NCBI GenBank assembly: GCA_040218735.1
Contig: JAVJQW010000007.1
Coordinates: 160,001 to 224,000 of the forward strand
DNA from: Deltaproteobacteria bacterium
GTDB taxonomy: Bacteria > Myxococcota > Kuafuiibacteriia > Kuafuiibacteriales > Kuafuiibacteriaceae
Direction: 5' to 3'
DNA length: 64,000 nt
The notes under the pieces were generated by a model. It made no database searches. It had not been told where the DNA came from and worked only from the letters and a program-made list of their open reading frames with translations. The position numbers and the translations under genes were made by a program. This document shows positions 1-8,690 of the stretch, piece by piece; positions within the stretch are counted from its first letter, which is position 1, and every line of letters starts with the position of its first letter.

Positions 1-711
1 TCCAGTGGCGCGCCCTCCGAGGAGGCCACGATCGGCGCCTTCCTCGGGGCATGCCTGAAGAAGACCCGAGCCAACGCCGAGGTCATCACGCTCGCCAACC
101 CGGCGTGGGCCAGCACGCAAGAGCGGATCGCGATCGAGCAACGTATCAGCGAGCTCGCCCCCGACGTGGTCGTGTCGTTCACGGGCGTCAACGACGTCCA
201 CTGGGGTGTGCGCGGCCGCGACACCGCGTGGTTCAGGACCTACTGGGACGAGACGTTCTACCGAATCGACGCCGCGGTGTTCGATCTCGCGGGCCGCCCG
301 TTCGCCGATCCGATCGTAGTGACCGAGGCGCCGACGCCCGTCGAGCGCCTCGCGGAGGTCTTCACGAAGAACGTCGCGATCTCCGGCTTCGTCCTCGATC
401 GTGTGGGTGCGCGCTACGTCGTCGCGTTGCAGCCGAACCTCGCCGTCTCCTCCAAACAGATCACCGCGAGAGAGGAGGCGCTCCTGGAGGTGATGGGTGA
501 AGAGCGTCGGGCCCACTACGTGAAGGGTTACGAGGCCTTCCGCGCGGGACTGGGCGCGGTCGACGCGGCCAACGTTTCCTGGTGGGATCTGTCCGATGTG
601 TTTGCCGGGCGGTCGGAAGAGATCTTCCTCGACAACTACCACTTCGGCGATCGCGGCAACCGCATCATCGCGGAGGCGCTCTGCGCGCGGTTCGAGGAGC
701 TGAGTCCGTGA
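1..711 (+). CDS. SGNH/GDSL hydrolase-family protein, 5'-truncated by window edge
   Basis: Frame is open from base 1. Block III-like 'PDVVVSFTGVND' and block V 'DNYHFGDRGN' (DxxH). Its stop overlaps the next GTG start (GTGA). Confidence 0.7.
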   Translation, partial: SSGAPSEEATIGAFLGACLKKTRANAEVITLANPAWASTQERIAIEQRISELAPDVVVSFTGVNDVHWGVRGRDTAWFRTYWDETFYRIDAAVFDLAGRPFADPIVVTEAPTPVERLAEVFTKNVAISGFVLDRVGARYVVALQPNLAVSSKQITAREEALLEVMGEERRAHYVKGYEAFRAGLGAVDAANVSWWDLSDVFAGRSEEIFLDNYHFGDRGNRIIAEALCARFEELSP

Positions 712-1355
712 GCACGCGCTTCCCGATTCCCCAGCTCCGCCGTCGGCTCTCCACGCTGCTCGACCGCGTGCGGCCGACGGAGGAGTCGGTCGAGGAGCGA
801 CGTCGGCGCCTCGTCGAAGAGGGTGTCCTCGAGATCGGCGAGCACACCTACGGCTGCCCGCACATCGTCACGCACCGTGGTGACACCGCGCGCGTCAAGA
901 TCGGCGACTTCTGTTCGCTCGCCGCCGACATCGAGATCCTCGTCGGCGGCAATCACCGCGTCGACTGGGTCTCGACGTTCCCGTTCCGCGCGATGTTCCG
1001 CCTGGAGGGCGCCTTCGAAGATGGGCACCCGGCCACCAAGGGCGACGTCGTCATCGGGAACGACGTGTGGGTCGGTCGCGGCGCGAAGATCCTCTCGGGT
1101 GTGCACGTCGGCGACGGCGCGGCGATCGCGGGCTACGCGTTGGTCGTGAAGGACGTGCCGCCGTACGCGATCGTCGGAGGCAACCCCGCGAAGGTCATCC
1201 GCCGTCGCTTCGAAGATGACCAGATCGACGCGCTCCTCCGCATCGCGTGGTGGAAGTGGCCGCTCGACGAGATCCTCAGCGAGGTCCCGGCCCTCCAGTG
1301 CGACGACATCGCGGGCTTCATCGAGAAGTTCGACCCGATGCGGGCCCGAAGTTGA
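708..1355 (+). CDS. CatB/Vat-like hexapeptide-repeat O-acetyltransferase (probably polysaccharide modifying)
   Basis: 'IGDFCSLA', 'GGNHRVDWVSTFPF', 'IGNDVWVG', 'KDVPPYAIVGGNPAKVIRRRF', 'WWKW'. Start set at GTG 708, overlapping the upstream stop. Confidence 0.85.
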   Translation: MSTRFPIPQLRRRLSTLLDRVRPTEESVEERRRRLVEEGVLEIGEHTYGCPHIVTHRGDTARVKIGDFCSLAADIEILVGGNHRVDWVSTFPFRAMFRLEGAFEDGHPATKGDVVIGNDVWVGRGAKILSGVHVGDGAAIAGYALVVKDVPPYAIVGGNPAKVIRRRFEDDQIDALLRIAWWKWPLDEILSEVPALQCDDIAGFIEKFDPMRARS

Positions 1356-2626
1356 GACGCACCGGCCTACTCGCGATCCTCGCCGCGATCGGGATGGCCT
1401 TCGGGTTCGCGAACCACTGGCTCATCCTCTACTTCTTCGGCGCGAGCCGCGGCGCCGACATCTTCTTCGGCAGCAACATCGTGCTGCTGTTCGTCGTCGG
1501 CCTCGTGAGCGGCCCGATCGGGAACACGATCGTCCCCGTCCTCTCGGTCGTCGACGACGAGGCCCAACGGCGCATCGACGCCTCCACGCTCCTCGCGGCC
1601 GTCACGTTCGTCTTCGGAGGCACCGCGGTCCTCGCGATCCTCCTCGCGGGGGTCTGGGTCCCGATCGCGCTCCCCGGGTTCGAGGGCGAAGAGCAGGCCA
1701 CAGCGATCCGCTTCGCGCGCATCCAGCTGATCGGCGTGGTGTTCGCCGCGCAGTACGGCGTGCTGTGGGCGACGGCCCAAGCGCAGCGGAAGTTCGTCAC
1801 GACCGAGCTCATGTTCGTCATCGCCTTCCTGGTGATGGTCATCGCGATGTGGCTCACCGCGCCGACGTTCGGCATCGAAGCGATGGCCTGGATTGCCGCG
1901 GTACGACCGGCCGTGCAAGCTGTCTTGCTCGTGCCGCTGATCGGAGGGCTTCGCCGGCCCGACTTCGCGTCCGAGGCCCTGAAGGAGACCTGGCGACGCG
2001 TCCGCCCCCTCCTCGCGGGGAGCCTCTACTACAAGTCCGACGTGTTCGCGGATCGCTACCTCACGTCGATGGCGCCCGCGGGCGCGCTGTCGCTCTTCCA
2101 CGTCGCGACCGTGATGTACCGGGCGGCGACCGGCATCCTGAACCGCGTCTTCGTCGGCCCGATCGTCCCGCACCTCGCGACGCTCGCGAAGGCGGAGCGC
2201 TACACCGAGCTCACGCGTGTCTATCGCAAGCGCGTCCTGTTCCTCGGCGCGCTGATCGTCATCGGCTACGCGGTGGTGTGGTTGTTCGGCGAAACACTCC
2301 TCGGCCTGTTGATCGGCTACGGCGGCGTGACCGACGAAAACGTCCGCACGCTCTACTCGATCATCCTCGCGCTGGTCGGTCTGTCGATCGGCCTCGTCGG
2401 CCAGGTCCTCGCGTCGACCTTCTACGCGCTCGCCGACACCAAGACTCCGACCACCGCGAGCATCATCGGCTTTACGTGCGGGCTCGGCTTCAAGATCCTC
2501 GGATTCTACTGGGGCGGCGTGGTCGGCCTCGCGCTCGGGACGTCCGCGTACTTCCTGCTCAACCTGATCCTCCTCACCTCGCTCCTCGAGCTCCGCCTCG
2601 CGAAGCTCCGCGCCGCGGCCTCCTGA
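1352..2626 (+). CDS. MurJ/MviN-like (MOP superfamily) flippase
   Basis: About 12 hydrophobic segments; 'YFFGASRGADIFF', 'DRYLTSMAPAGALSLF', 'STFYALADTKTP'. TTG 1352 overlaps the upstream TGA. Confidence 0.75.
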   Translation: MRRTGLLAILAAIGMAFGFANHWLILYFFGASRGADIFFGSNIVLLFVVGLVSGPIGNTIVPVLSVVDDEAQRRIDASTLLAAVTFVFGGTAVLAILLAGVWVPIALPGFEGEEQATAIRFARIQLIGVVFAAQYGVLWATAQAQRKFVTTELMFVIAFLVMVIAMWLTAPTFGIEAMAWIAAVRPAVQAVLLVPLIGGLRRPDFASEALKETWRRVRPLLAGSLYYKSDVFADRYLTSMAPAGALSLFHVATVMYRAATGILNRVFVGPIVPHLATLAKAERYTELTRVYRKRVLFLGALIVIGYAVVWLFGETLLGLLIGYGGVTDENVRTLYSIILALVGLSIGLVGQVLASTFYALADTKTPTTASIIGFTCGLGFKILGFYWGGVVGLALGTSAYFLLNLILLTSLLELRLAKLRAAAS

Positions 2627-2666
2627 CTTGCGCCCGGCCGCCGCACCACGCTAATCCACACTCGCC

Positions 2667-3617
2667 GTGGTCCCCGACGAAGTCGTCCTCGAAGACGTCC
2701 CGTGTCCCTGCGGCTCGACCGCGGGCGACGCGCTCGTGTTCGTCGGGCGCGACCGACTCCACGACCTCCCTGGTGAGTTCGCCGTCGTGCGCTGCCTCGC
2801 GTGTGACCTCGTCCGCACCAACCCACGACCGACGCGCGAAACGATCGGCTACTACTACCCGACGACCTACCGCCTGCACCAAGCACCCGCCGCGCCGCCC
2901 GCGCCCAAACCTCGACGCTTCGGCGCGCTGCGCAGCTTCGCCGGCAAGGCGATCGACTTCCGCACCAAACCGCTGCCCCCCGCGCAGCCCGGCCACTACT
3001 ACGAGGTCGGGTGCGGCAACGGCGGCTTCCTCCGCGTGATGCAGCAGCAGGGGTGGTCCGTCGAAGGCCTCGAACCCGGCGAGACCGGCGCCGAAGCCGC
3101 GCGCGCGCAGGGGCTCGACGTCGTCTGCGCGCAGCTCGAGAGCGCGCCGCCGCCGAACCAGACCCCGGATCTCGTCGCGGCGTGGATGGTGCTCGAACAC
3201 CTGCACGATCCCCTCGCCGGCCTCGAACGCCTCCGCGACTGGACACGCCCGGGCGCGTACCTCGCGGCGTCCGTGCCGAACATCGAGAGCCTGGAATTCA
3301 GCGCGTTCAAGGGCGCGTGGTACGCGCTGCAGCTCCCCACGCACCTGTTCTTCTACACGCCGAAGACCCTCGGCGATCTCTTCCGCCGCGCCGGGTGGGA
3401 GCTGGAGCGTGTCTTCCACCACCGCAACGTCACCAACCTCATCACCTCCGTCGGGTTGAAGCTCGAGGACACCGGCCTCGCGCCCGAGCTCGCGAAGCGC
3501 CTCGTCACCTACCCGTCGCGCGCGACGTGGCAGCTCCTCGCGACGTACCCGCTCGCCACCGTGCTCGCCGCGCTCGGACAGACCGGGCGCATCACCGTGT
3601 GGGCGCGTCGTCGCTGA
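2667..3617 (+). CDS. Class I SAM-dependent methyltransferase with N-terminal Zn-ribbon (polysaccharide-cluster type)
   Basis: 'CPCG...RCLACDLVRTNPRP', 'EVGCGNG', 'VLEHLHDP', 'PTHLFFYTPKTL'. Confidence 0.85.
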   Translation: MVPDEVVLEDVPCPCGSTAGDALVFVGRDRLHDLPGEFAVVRCLACDLVRTNPRPTRETIGYYYPTTYRLHQAPAAPPAPKPRRFGALRSFAGKAIDFRTKPLPPAQPGHYYEVGCGNGGFLRVMQQQGWSVEGLEPGETGAEAARAQGLDVVCAQLESAPPPNQTPDLVAAWMVLEHLHDPLAGLERLRDWTRPGAYLAASVPNIESLEFSAFKGAWYALQLPTHLFFYTPKTLGDLFRRAGWELERVFHHRNVTNLITSVGLKLEDTGLAPELAKRLVTYPSRATWQLLATYPLATVLAALGQTGRITVWARRR

Positions 3618-3626
3618 AGGGCCCTC

Positions 3627-4076
3627 GTGACGGACGAGCTCGAACGCGATGTCGCGTCGGTCAAGAAACCTTGGCCGCGGTGGGTGAAGTGGACGCTGAT
3701 CCCCGCGCAGGTCGTGCTCGCGATCGTCGCGTACTTCGTCGTCGACGGTTACCTCGACCAACAGGCCGCGCGCCCCTCCGCGCTCGCGGCGGCGGCGGAG
3801 CGTGAGAACGGTTCGCTCCCGCGCATGATCGACGACGCCACGCGCCTCGAACACGTCGACGCCAAGGGCCAGACGCTCCGCTACCGCTACACGGTGCTCG
3901 CGGATCCCGAGACGCCACTCAACCCCAAGCGCATGCGTCGCAAGTTCAACCAGCGCCTCTGCGCCGACGACGACACCCGGGTGTTGCTCGAGAACGGCGT
4001 GACCTTCGAGTACGTCTACGAACGCGAGCTGAAGGTGCTCGCCGAGTTCAGGGTGAAGCCGCAGACCTGCCCGTGA
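3627..4076 (+). CDS. Single-TM membrane protein, PA3611/AspS-pilotin-like small domain
   Basis: N-terminal TM, then 'NGSLPRMIDDATRLEHV...LRYRY' and 'LC...LLENGVTFEYVY', which resemble that fold family as I recall it. Confidence 0.5.
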   Translation: MTDELERDVASVKKPWPRWVKWTLIPAQVVLAIVAYFVVDGYLDQQAARPSALAAAAERENGSLPRMIDDATRLEHVDAKGQTLRYRYTVLADPETPLNPKRMRRKFNQRLCADDDTRVLLENGVTFEYVYERELKVLAEFRVKPQTCP

Positions 4077-4974
4077 CGTTCACGAGGTCCGCCCACACTG
4101 GCCAGTGATCCGACAGGCCCGGCTCCTCGAAGCCGACGTCCACGCCCCACGAACCCTCGAACGCCTCCGCCGCGTGACCCCACAGAACGATGCGATCGTA
4201 GGCGCACGACGAAGTCGCGACGTTGGTGTCCGCGTCGTCCGGAACGACCCAGAGGTACTCGGGGTCGCGGAGGTCCAGCTCGTCGAGCTCCTCCGGCGAC
4301 GCGTAGCTGCAGCTGGCGTTGAAGTCACCGAGCACCACGACGCTCGCCGCGCCATACTGCTGCCACGCGTCGTAGGCGACGTCGGAGAGCGCGTCGATCT
4401 CCTCCAGCGCGGAGGCGGGGCGGGTGTGGATGTTCACGAGCACGACGTCGAGCGACCCACCGACCGCCTCGAAGCGCGCGAGGTGCGGCTCGCGCTGGAA
4501 ACGATCACGGAGTGAGTCGTCGTACAGCGACGGCGAGCCCACCACGGCGAGCTTCGTCGCGTCGTAGAAGAACGCGTACTGCTCCTGCGCGTAGTTGTCG
4601 TCGGGCTCGCGGCCGGTCCGCGGCGACAGCACCATCTCGTGCGGCGCCCCCTGTTTGCGGAGCGCGTCGCGCAACACGTACGGCGCCTGCTGGTTGACGT
4701 CCTTGATCTCCTGCACCGCGACGAGGTCGTAGCGCGCGATGATCGAAGCGATCTCCGCGACCGCCGCCGGGTTCGACGCCTTCGACGGTCCGAACAGCTG
4801 CAGGTTGAACGTCGCGACCCGGATGTTCTCGACCACCGGCTCCAGCTCCGTGCGCGGATAGTCGAACGTGGGGCGCTCGAAGTCCGGACGCCCGAAGCGA
4901 TCGCCGCCGGCGCCGGCGGGGAGGGGCGGGACCTCGCAGGCCAGGAGGAGCAGGGGGAGCAGGAGTCGCCGCAT
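4048..4974 (-). CDS. DNase I-like endonuclease (EEP superfamily), lipoprotein
   Basis: Lipobox 'LLLLAC'; 'ATFNLQLFG', 'YDLVAVQEIKD', 'REP', 'HTRP', 'GDFNASCSY', 'CAYDRIV', 'SDHWPV'. Confidence 0.9.
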   Translation of the reverse strand: MRRLLLPLLLLACEVPPLPAGAGGDRFGRPDFERPTFDYPRTELEPVVENIRVATFNLQLFGPSKASNPAAVAEIASIIARYDLVAVQEIKDVNQQAPYVLRDALRKQGAPHEMVLSPRTGREPDDNYAQEQYAFFYDATKLAVVGSPSLYDDSLRDRFQREPHLARFEAVGGSLDVVLVNIHTRPASALEEIDALSDVAYDAWQQYGAASVVVLGDFNASCSYASPEELDELDLRDPEYLWVVPDDADTNVATSSCAYDRIVLWGHAAEAFEGSWGVDVGFEEPGLSDHWPVWADLVNVTGRSAASP

Positions 4975-5034
4975 CGAAGGATGGTTCGGCGGTTTCGTCG
5001 AGGGCGTGAGTCGTTGGTCGATCGCGAGACACCG

Positions 5035-5577
5035 TCACCCGCCGAGGATCCTCTGCAGGATCCGGGCGGCCACGCGGGCGTCGTCGAGCGCGCGGTGTTT
5101 CTCACCCGCCTCGATCCCGAGCGCGTCGCGCGCGGCGTCGATGTTCTTGTCCTTCGACCGACCGAGTCGCGCGTAGAGCTTCTTGATGTCGAGGTACGCG
5201 TCGGTGAGCGGCGGGAGCTCGTGCAGCTCGAGGTCGAGCTCGAACTGCCACTGCTCGTACGCGCCCCATCCGGCGCGGACGTAGTCGCCGTGTTCCTTCG
5301 CCCAGGAGAGGAACGCGAGCATCGCGCGCGGGAACTCGGGCGCCGCGTCGACGTCGTCCTGCGTGATGCCCGTGAGCTCGGTGCAGAAGGCGGAGATCCG
5401 CGGCACCGCGACCGGCTTCACGTAGGTCTGGAAGTCGGCGGTGATGCCTTCGCCGTGCCGGTAGGCGACGGCGCCGATCTCGATCGTCTCCTTGCGGCGC
5501 GACCAGACGCCCTTCCAGCAGGTGCCCTCCAGGTCGTAGACGATCACCGCGCGATCCCCGGTGAGGATCTGCTTCAT
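5035..5577 (-). CDS. DEDDh 3'-5' exonuclease (ERI-1/KapD-like)
   Basis: 'YDLEGTC', 'ETIEIGAV', 'FQTYVKP', 'FCTELTGITQDDVD', 'HRALDDA'. Start set at ATG 5577. Confidence 0.85.
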   Translation of the reverse strand: MKQILTGDRAVIVYDLEGTCWKGVWSRRKETIEIGAVAYRHGEGITADFQTYVKPVAVPRISAFCTELTGITQDDVDAAPEFPRAMLAFLSWAKEHGDYVRAGWGAYEQWQFELDLELHELPPLTDAYLDIKKLYARLGRSKDKNIDAARDALGIEAGEKHRALDDARVAARILQRILGG

Positions 5578-5605
5578 CGCGGCGTCGTCCACGGCGCCTC
5601 GAATG

Positions 5606-6145
5606 TCAGGGGTACATGCGCGCCTTGTCGAGCGTCGGCAGCGCGGCGTCCTTGTCGGAGAGGATCGGATCCGAGATCGGCCAGTCGATCCCGATCGTCG
5701 GGTCGTTCCAGATGATCCCGCCTTCACCCTCGCGGTTGTAGACGTCGCTGCACTTGTACATGATCTCGCACTCGTCGCTCAGCACGCAGAACCCGTGCGC
5801 GAAGCCCTTCGGCACCAGGATCTGGTTCTTCTTCTCCGCGCTGAGCACGACGCCCGTCCACTTGCCGAACGTCGCCGACCCCGGCCGGATGTCCACCGCG
5901 ACGTCGAACGCCTCGCCCTTCACCGCCCAGACGAGTTTGTCCTGCGCGTTCTCCACCTGATAGTGCAGCCCACGCAGCGTGCCCTTCCTCGACTTGCTGT
6001 GGTTGTCCTGCAACCAGCGAATGTCGATCCCCGCCTCGTGGTACCGCGCCTCGTTGTAGACCTCGAGGAAGAAGCCTCGCTTGTCTTCGAAGATGCGGGG
6101 CTCGATGATCTTCACACCCGGTAGCTCGGTCTCGACGACGTTCAT
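5606..6145 (-). CDS. rfbC: dTDP-4-dehydrorhamnose 3,5-epimerase
   Basis: 'DKRGFF', 'QDNHSKSRKGTLRGLHYQ', 'DVAVDIRPGSATFGKW', 'PKGFAHGF', 'LSDKD'. Confidence 0.95.
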   Translation of the reverse strand: MNVVETELPGVKIIEPRIFEDKRGFFLEVYNEARYHEAGIDIRWLQDNHSKSRKGTLRGLHYQVENAQDKLVWAVKGEAFDVAVDIRPGSATFGKWTGVVLSAEKKNQILVPKGFAHGFCVLSDECEIMYKCSDVYNREGEGGIIWNDPTIGIDWPISDPILSDKDAALPTLDKARMYP

Positions 6146-6707
6146 GCGCCCTGCTGAGGTCCGATATTTCAGGTATGCCGTCAAGGCGTTCGCGGTCTTC
6201 GGCGTCCTCGCCGCCGCCGCGCTGGTCAACGCCGGGCGCTTCGTCGCCGATCCCCCTACGCCCTGCGCGGCGTACGCAGACTTCGCGCTCGTCCCCAGCG
6301 GGGATCCCGGGGCCCGCACCGAGCACGCCCTTCACCTGTGGCGCGAACGTCGCGTCGGCGCCCTCGTGATCTCCGGCGCCGGCTACGGCGGCGACTCCGC
6401 GGAGCGCCTCGCCGCCCAGGCCAGGTCGCTCGAGCCCGACGTCCCGTTGGTCGTCGAGACCGAAGCGCGCTCCACCGCCGACAACGTCGCGAACAGCTGC
6501 CGCCTCGCCGGGGTACGCGTCGCGATCGTCACCGACCGCGCCCACGCCGCGCGTGTCTACCTCGCCGCGACGAAGCTCTGCCCGTCGTGGTCGGCGTGCA
6601 CCGCACCGACGCCCGAGCCCGTGACCTTCAGGATGCAGCTGCGCGAGACGTTCCGACTGCTCGGCTACCAGCTCACGGGGCGGGCATCCTGGGCGACTCG
6701 ACCATGA
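6144..6707 (+). CDS. YdcF/ElyC-like DUF218 protein
   Basis: N-terminal TM; 'LVISG', 'ETEARSTADN', 'IVTDRAHAARV', C-terminal 'LRE'. Start uncertain. Confidence 0.7.
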   Translation: MRPAEVRYFRYAVKAFAVFGVLAAAALVNAGRFVADPPTPCAAYADFALVPSGDPGARTEHALHLWRERRVGALVISGAGYGGDSAERLAAQARSLEPDVPLVVETEARSTADNVANSCRLAGVRVAIVTDRAHAARVYLAATKLCPSWSACTAPTPEPVTFRMQLRETFRLLGYQLTGRASWATRP

Positions 6708-7443
6708 ACGGCGGGTTCGCGAGGTCCGGCTTGTTGTACTTCAGCGGCACTCGGTCCTCGGCGTGGACGACCGTGCACCCGGCCTCCGTCGCGATGCAGT
6801 CGCCGGCCGCCGTGTCCCACTCCATGGTGCGCCCGTAGCGGGGATAGAGATCCCCGGTGCCCTCCGCGAGGCGCCCGAACTTGATCGCGGAACCGGCGCG
6901 GAGGATGCGCTGGATGCCGCGCCCCTCGAGGTACTGGTAGATGCGATCGCTCGTATGGAATCTACTGAGTAGCGCCGCGAAGGGTTGGTCACCTCCGCGC
7001 GTGTTCTCGATGCGTTTCTCGTGCGCGCCGATCTTCCGAAACGCACCCTCACCCTTGGCCGCGGACCAGGTGATGCCCACGTACGGTGCGGCGATCACCC
7101 CGAGGATCGGGCGCCCGTCCTCGACGAGCGCGATGTTCACGGTGAAGTCTCCGGTGCGGCGGACGAAGTCCCGCGTGCCGTCCAGCGGATCCACCACGAA
7201 CAGGCGTCTCCAGCTCTCGCGCTCCTCCCACGGAGCCTGCGCGGTCTCCTCCGAGAGGATGGGGTGCGGCCAGCGCGCGCTCAGCGCTTCGCGGATGATC
7301 TGGTCGGCGGCGCGGTCGGCGCGCGTGATGAAGCTGCCGTCGGACTTCTTGGCGGTGTCGAGGCGGCCGGATCGGTAGATCCGCAGGATCTCCCGACCCG
7401 CCTCGATTGCGATCGCGACCACCTCGTTTCGCGACACGTCCAC
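6673..7443 (-). CDS. cysQ: 3'(2'),5'-bisphosphate nucleotidase CysQ
   Basis: 'KSDGSFITRAD', 'LSEE', 'VDPLDGTRDF', 'GSAIKF', 'DLYPRYGRTMEWDTAAG', 'LKYNK..LANP'. Start set at GTG 7443. Confidence 0.9.
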   Translation of the reverse strand: MDVSRNEVVAIAIEAGREILRIYRSGRLDTAKKSDGSFITRADRAADQIIREALSARWPHPILSEETAQAPWEERESWRRLFVVDPLDGTRDFVRRTGDFTVNIALVEDGRPILGVIAAPYVGITWSAAKGEGAFRKIGAHEKRIENTRGGDQPFAALLSRFHTSDRIYQYLEGRGIQRILRAGSAIKFGRLAEGTGDLYPRYGRTMEWDTAAGDCIATEAGCTVVHAEDRVPLKYNKPDLANPPFMVESPRMPAP

Positions 7444-7502
7444 GCACGAACCGTTAACACCCCTGGCGCGTCGAAGCGATCCGCGTTCCAATCCCGCCCG
7501 CG

Positions 7503-8618
7503 ATGTCGAACCCCATCCTGACGATCGTCGGTGCTCGCCCCAACTTCATGAAGGCGGCCCCGGTGCACCGCGCCTTCGAAGCCAAGAACATCCCGCACGA
7601 AATCATCCACACCGGCCAACACTACGACGACGTGATGTCCAAGGTGTTCTTCGAGGACCTCGGGATGCCGCAGCCCTCCGTCTACATGGGCGTCGGCTCC
7701 GGCTCGCACGCCGTGCAGACCGCCAACGTGATGATCGGCCTGGAGAAGGTGTTCGAGGAGAAGAAGCCACCGATGGTGAACGTCGTCGGCGACGTGAACT
7801 CCACGCTCGCCGCCGCGATCGTCGCCGCGAAGCTGCACATCCCGGTCTCCCACATCGAGGCGGGCCTGAGGTCGCGCGACTGGAACATGCCGGAGGAGGT
7901 CAACCGCGTCGTCACCGACTCCGTCGCGGACCTGCTCCTCACCCCGTCGCCCGACGGCGACGAGAACCTGAAGGCCGAAGGTAAGAAGGACAGCGCGATC
8001 GTCTGCGTCGGCAACGTCATGATCGACACACTGTTCATGAACCTGCCGAAGGCGAAGGCGGTCGACGTCCCCGCGAAGATGGGCCTCGAGCACGGCAACT
8101 ACGCGATGCTCACGATGCACCGCCCCTCGAACGTCGACGTGCAGGAGACCTTCGAGCGCCTCCTCGGCGCGCTCCTCGACATCCAGGAGAAGATCCCGTT
8201 CGTCTTCCCGGTCCACCCGCGCACACGCGCACGCATGAAGGCGTTCGACATCGGGCAGCGCTTCGAGAACGCCGCGAACATCCACATGTGCGAGCCGCTC
8301 GGGTACCTCGAGTTCATGTCGCTCACCTCGCGCGCGAAGATGGTGCTCACCGACTCCGGCGGCCTGCAGGAGGAGACGACCGCGCTCGGCATCCCGTGCC
8401 TCACGCTGCGTGAGAACACCGAGCGACCGATCACCGTCGACGAGGGCACGAACATCGTCGTCGGCACGGACGACGTGCGCATCCGCGACGAGGCGAACAA
8501 GATCCTCGCAGGCGAGGGCAAGCAGGGCCGCACACCCGCGCTCTGGGACGGCAAGGCTTCGGAGCGCATCGTCGAAGCCGTGATGGCGTTCCTCGATCGA
8601 CGCAAAGCGTCGCGCTAA
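7503..8618 (+). CDS. wecB: UDP-N-acetylglucosamine 2-epimerase (non-hydrolysing)
   Basis: 'GARPNFMK', 'HTGQHYD', 'GDVNST', 'HIEAGLRS', 'TDSGGLQEE', 'RENTERP'. Confidence 0.95.
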   Translation: MSNPILTIVGARPNFMKAAPVHRAFEAKNIPHEIIHTGQHYDDVMSKVFFEDLGMPQPSVYMGVGSGSHAVQTANVMIGLEKVFEEKKPPMVNVVGDVNSTLAAAIVAAKLHIPVSHIEAGLRSRDWNMPEEVNRVVTDSVADLLLTPSPDGDENLKAEGKKDSAIVCVGNVMIDTLFMNLPKAKAVDVPAKMGLEHGNYAMLTMHRPSNVDVQETFERLLGALLDIQEKIPFVFPVHPRTRARMKAFDIGQRFENAANIHMCEPLGYLEFMSLTSRAKMVLTDSGGLQEETTALGIPCLTLRENTERPITVDEGTNIVVGTDDVRIRDEANKILAGEGKQGRTPALWDGKASERIVEAVMAFLDRRKASR

Positions 8619-8690
8619 CGCGTCGCGTCAGCCCACTTTCCATTCAAACGACCTTTGCGTTTTGGGGGGCGCGGCGCTACTCGCGTCCTC

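Noticed and set aside
708-1355. Chloramphenicol/streptogramin acetyltransferase resistance gene (catB/vat)
   Set aside because: Same fold, but it is translationally coupled within a polysaccharide operon with no mobile context; a sugar O-acetyltransferase is more likely.
1352-2626. Housekeeping murJ
   Set aside because: It is shorter and more divergent than typical MurJ and embedded in a glycan-tailoring operon, so no symbol was assigned.
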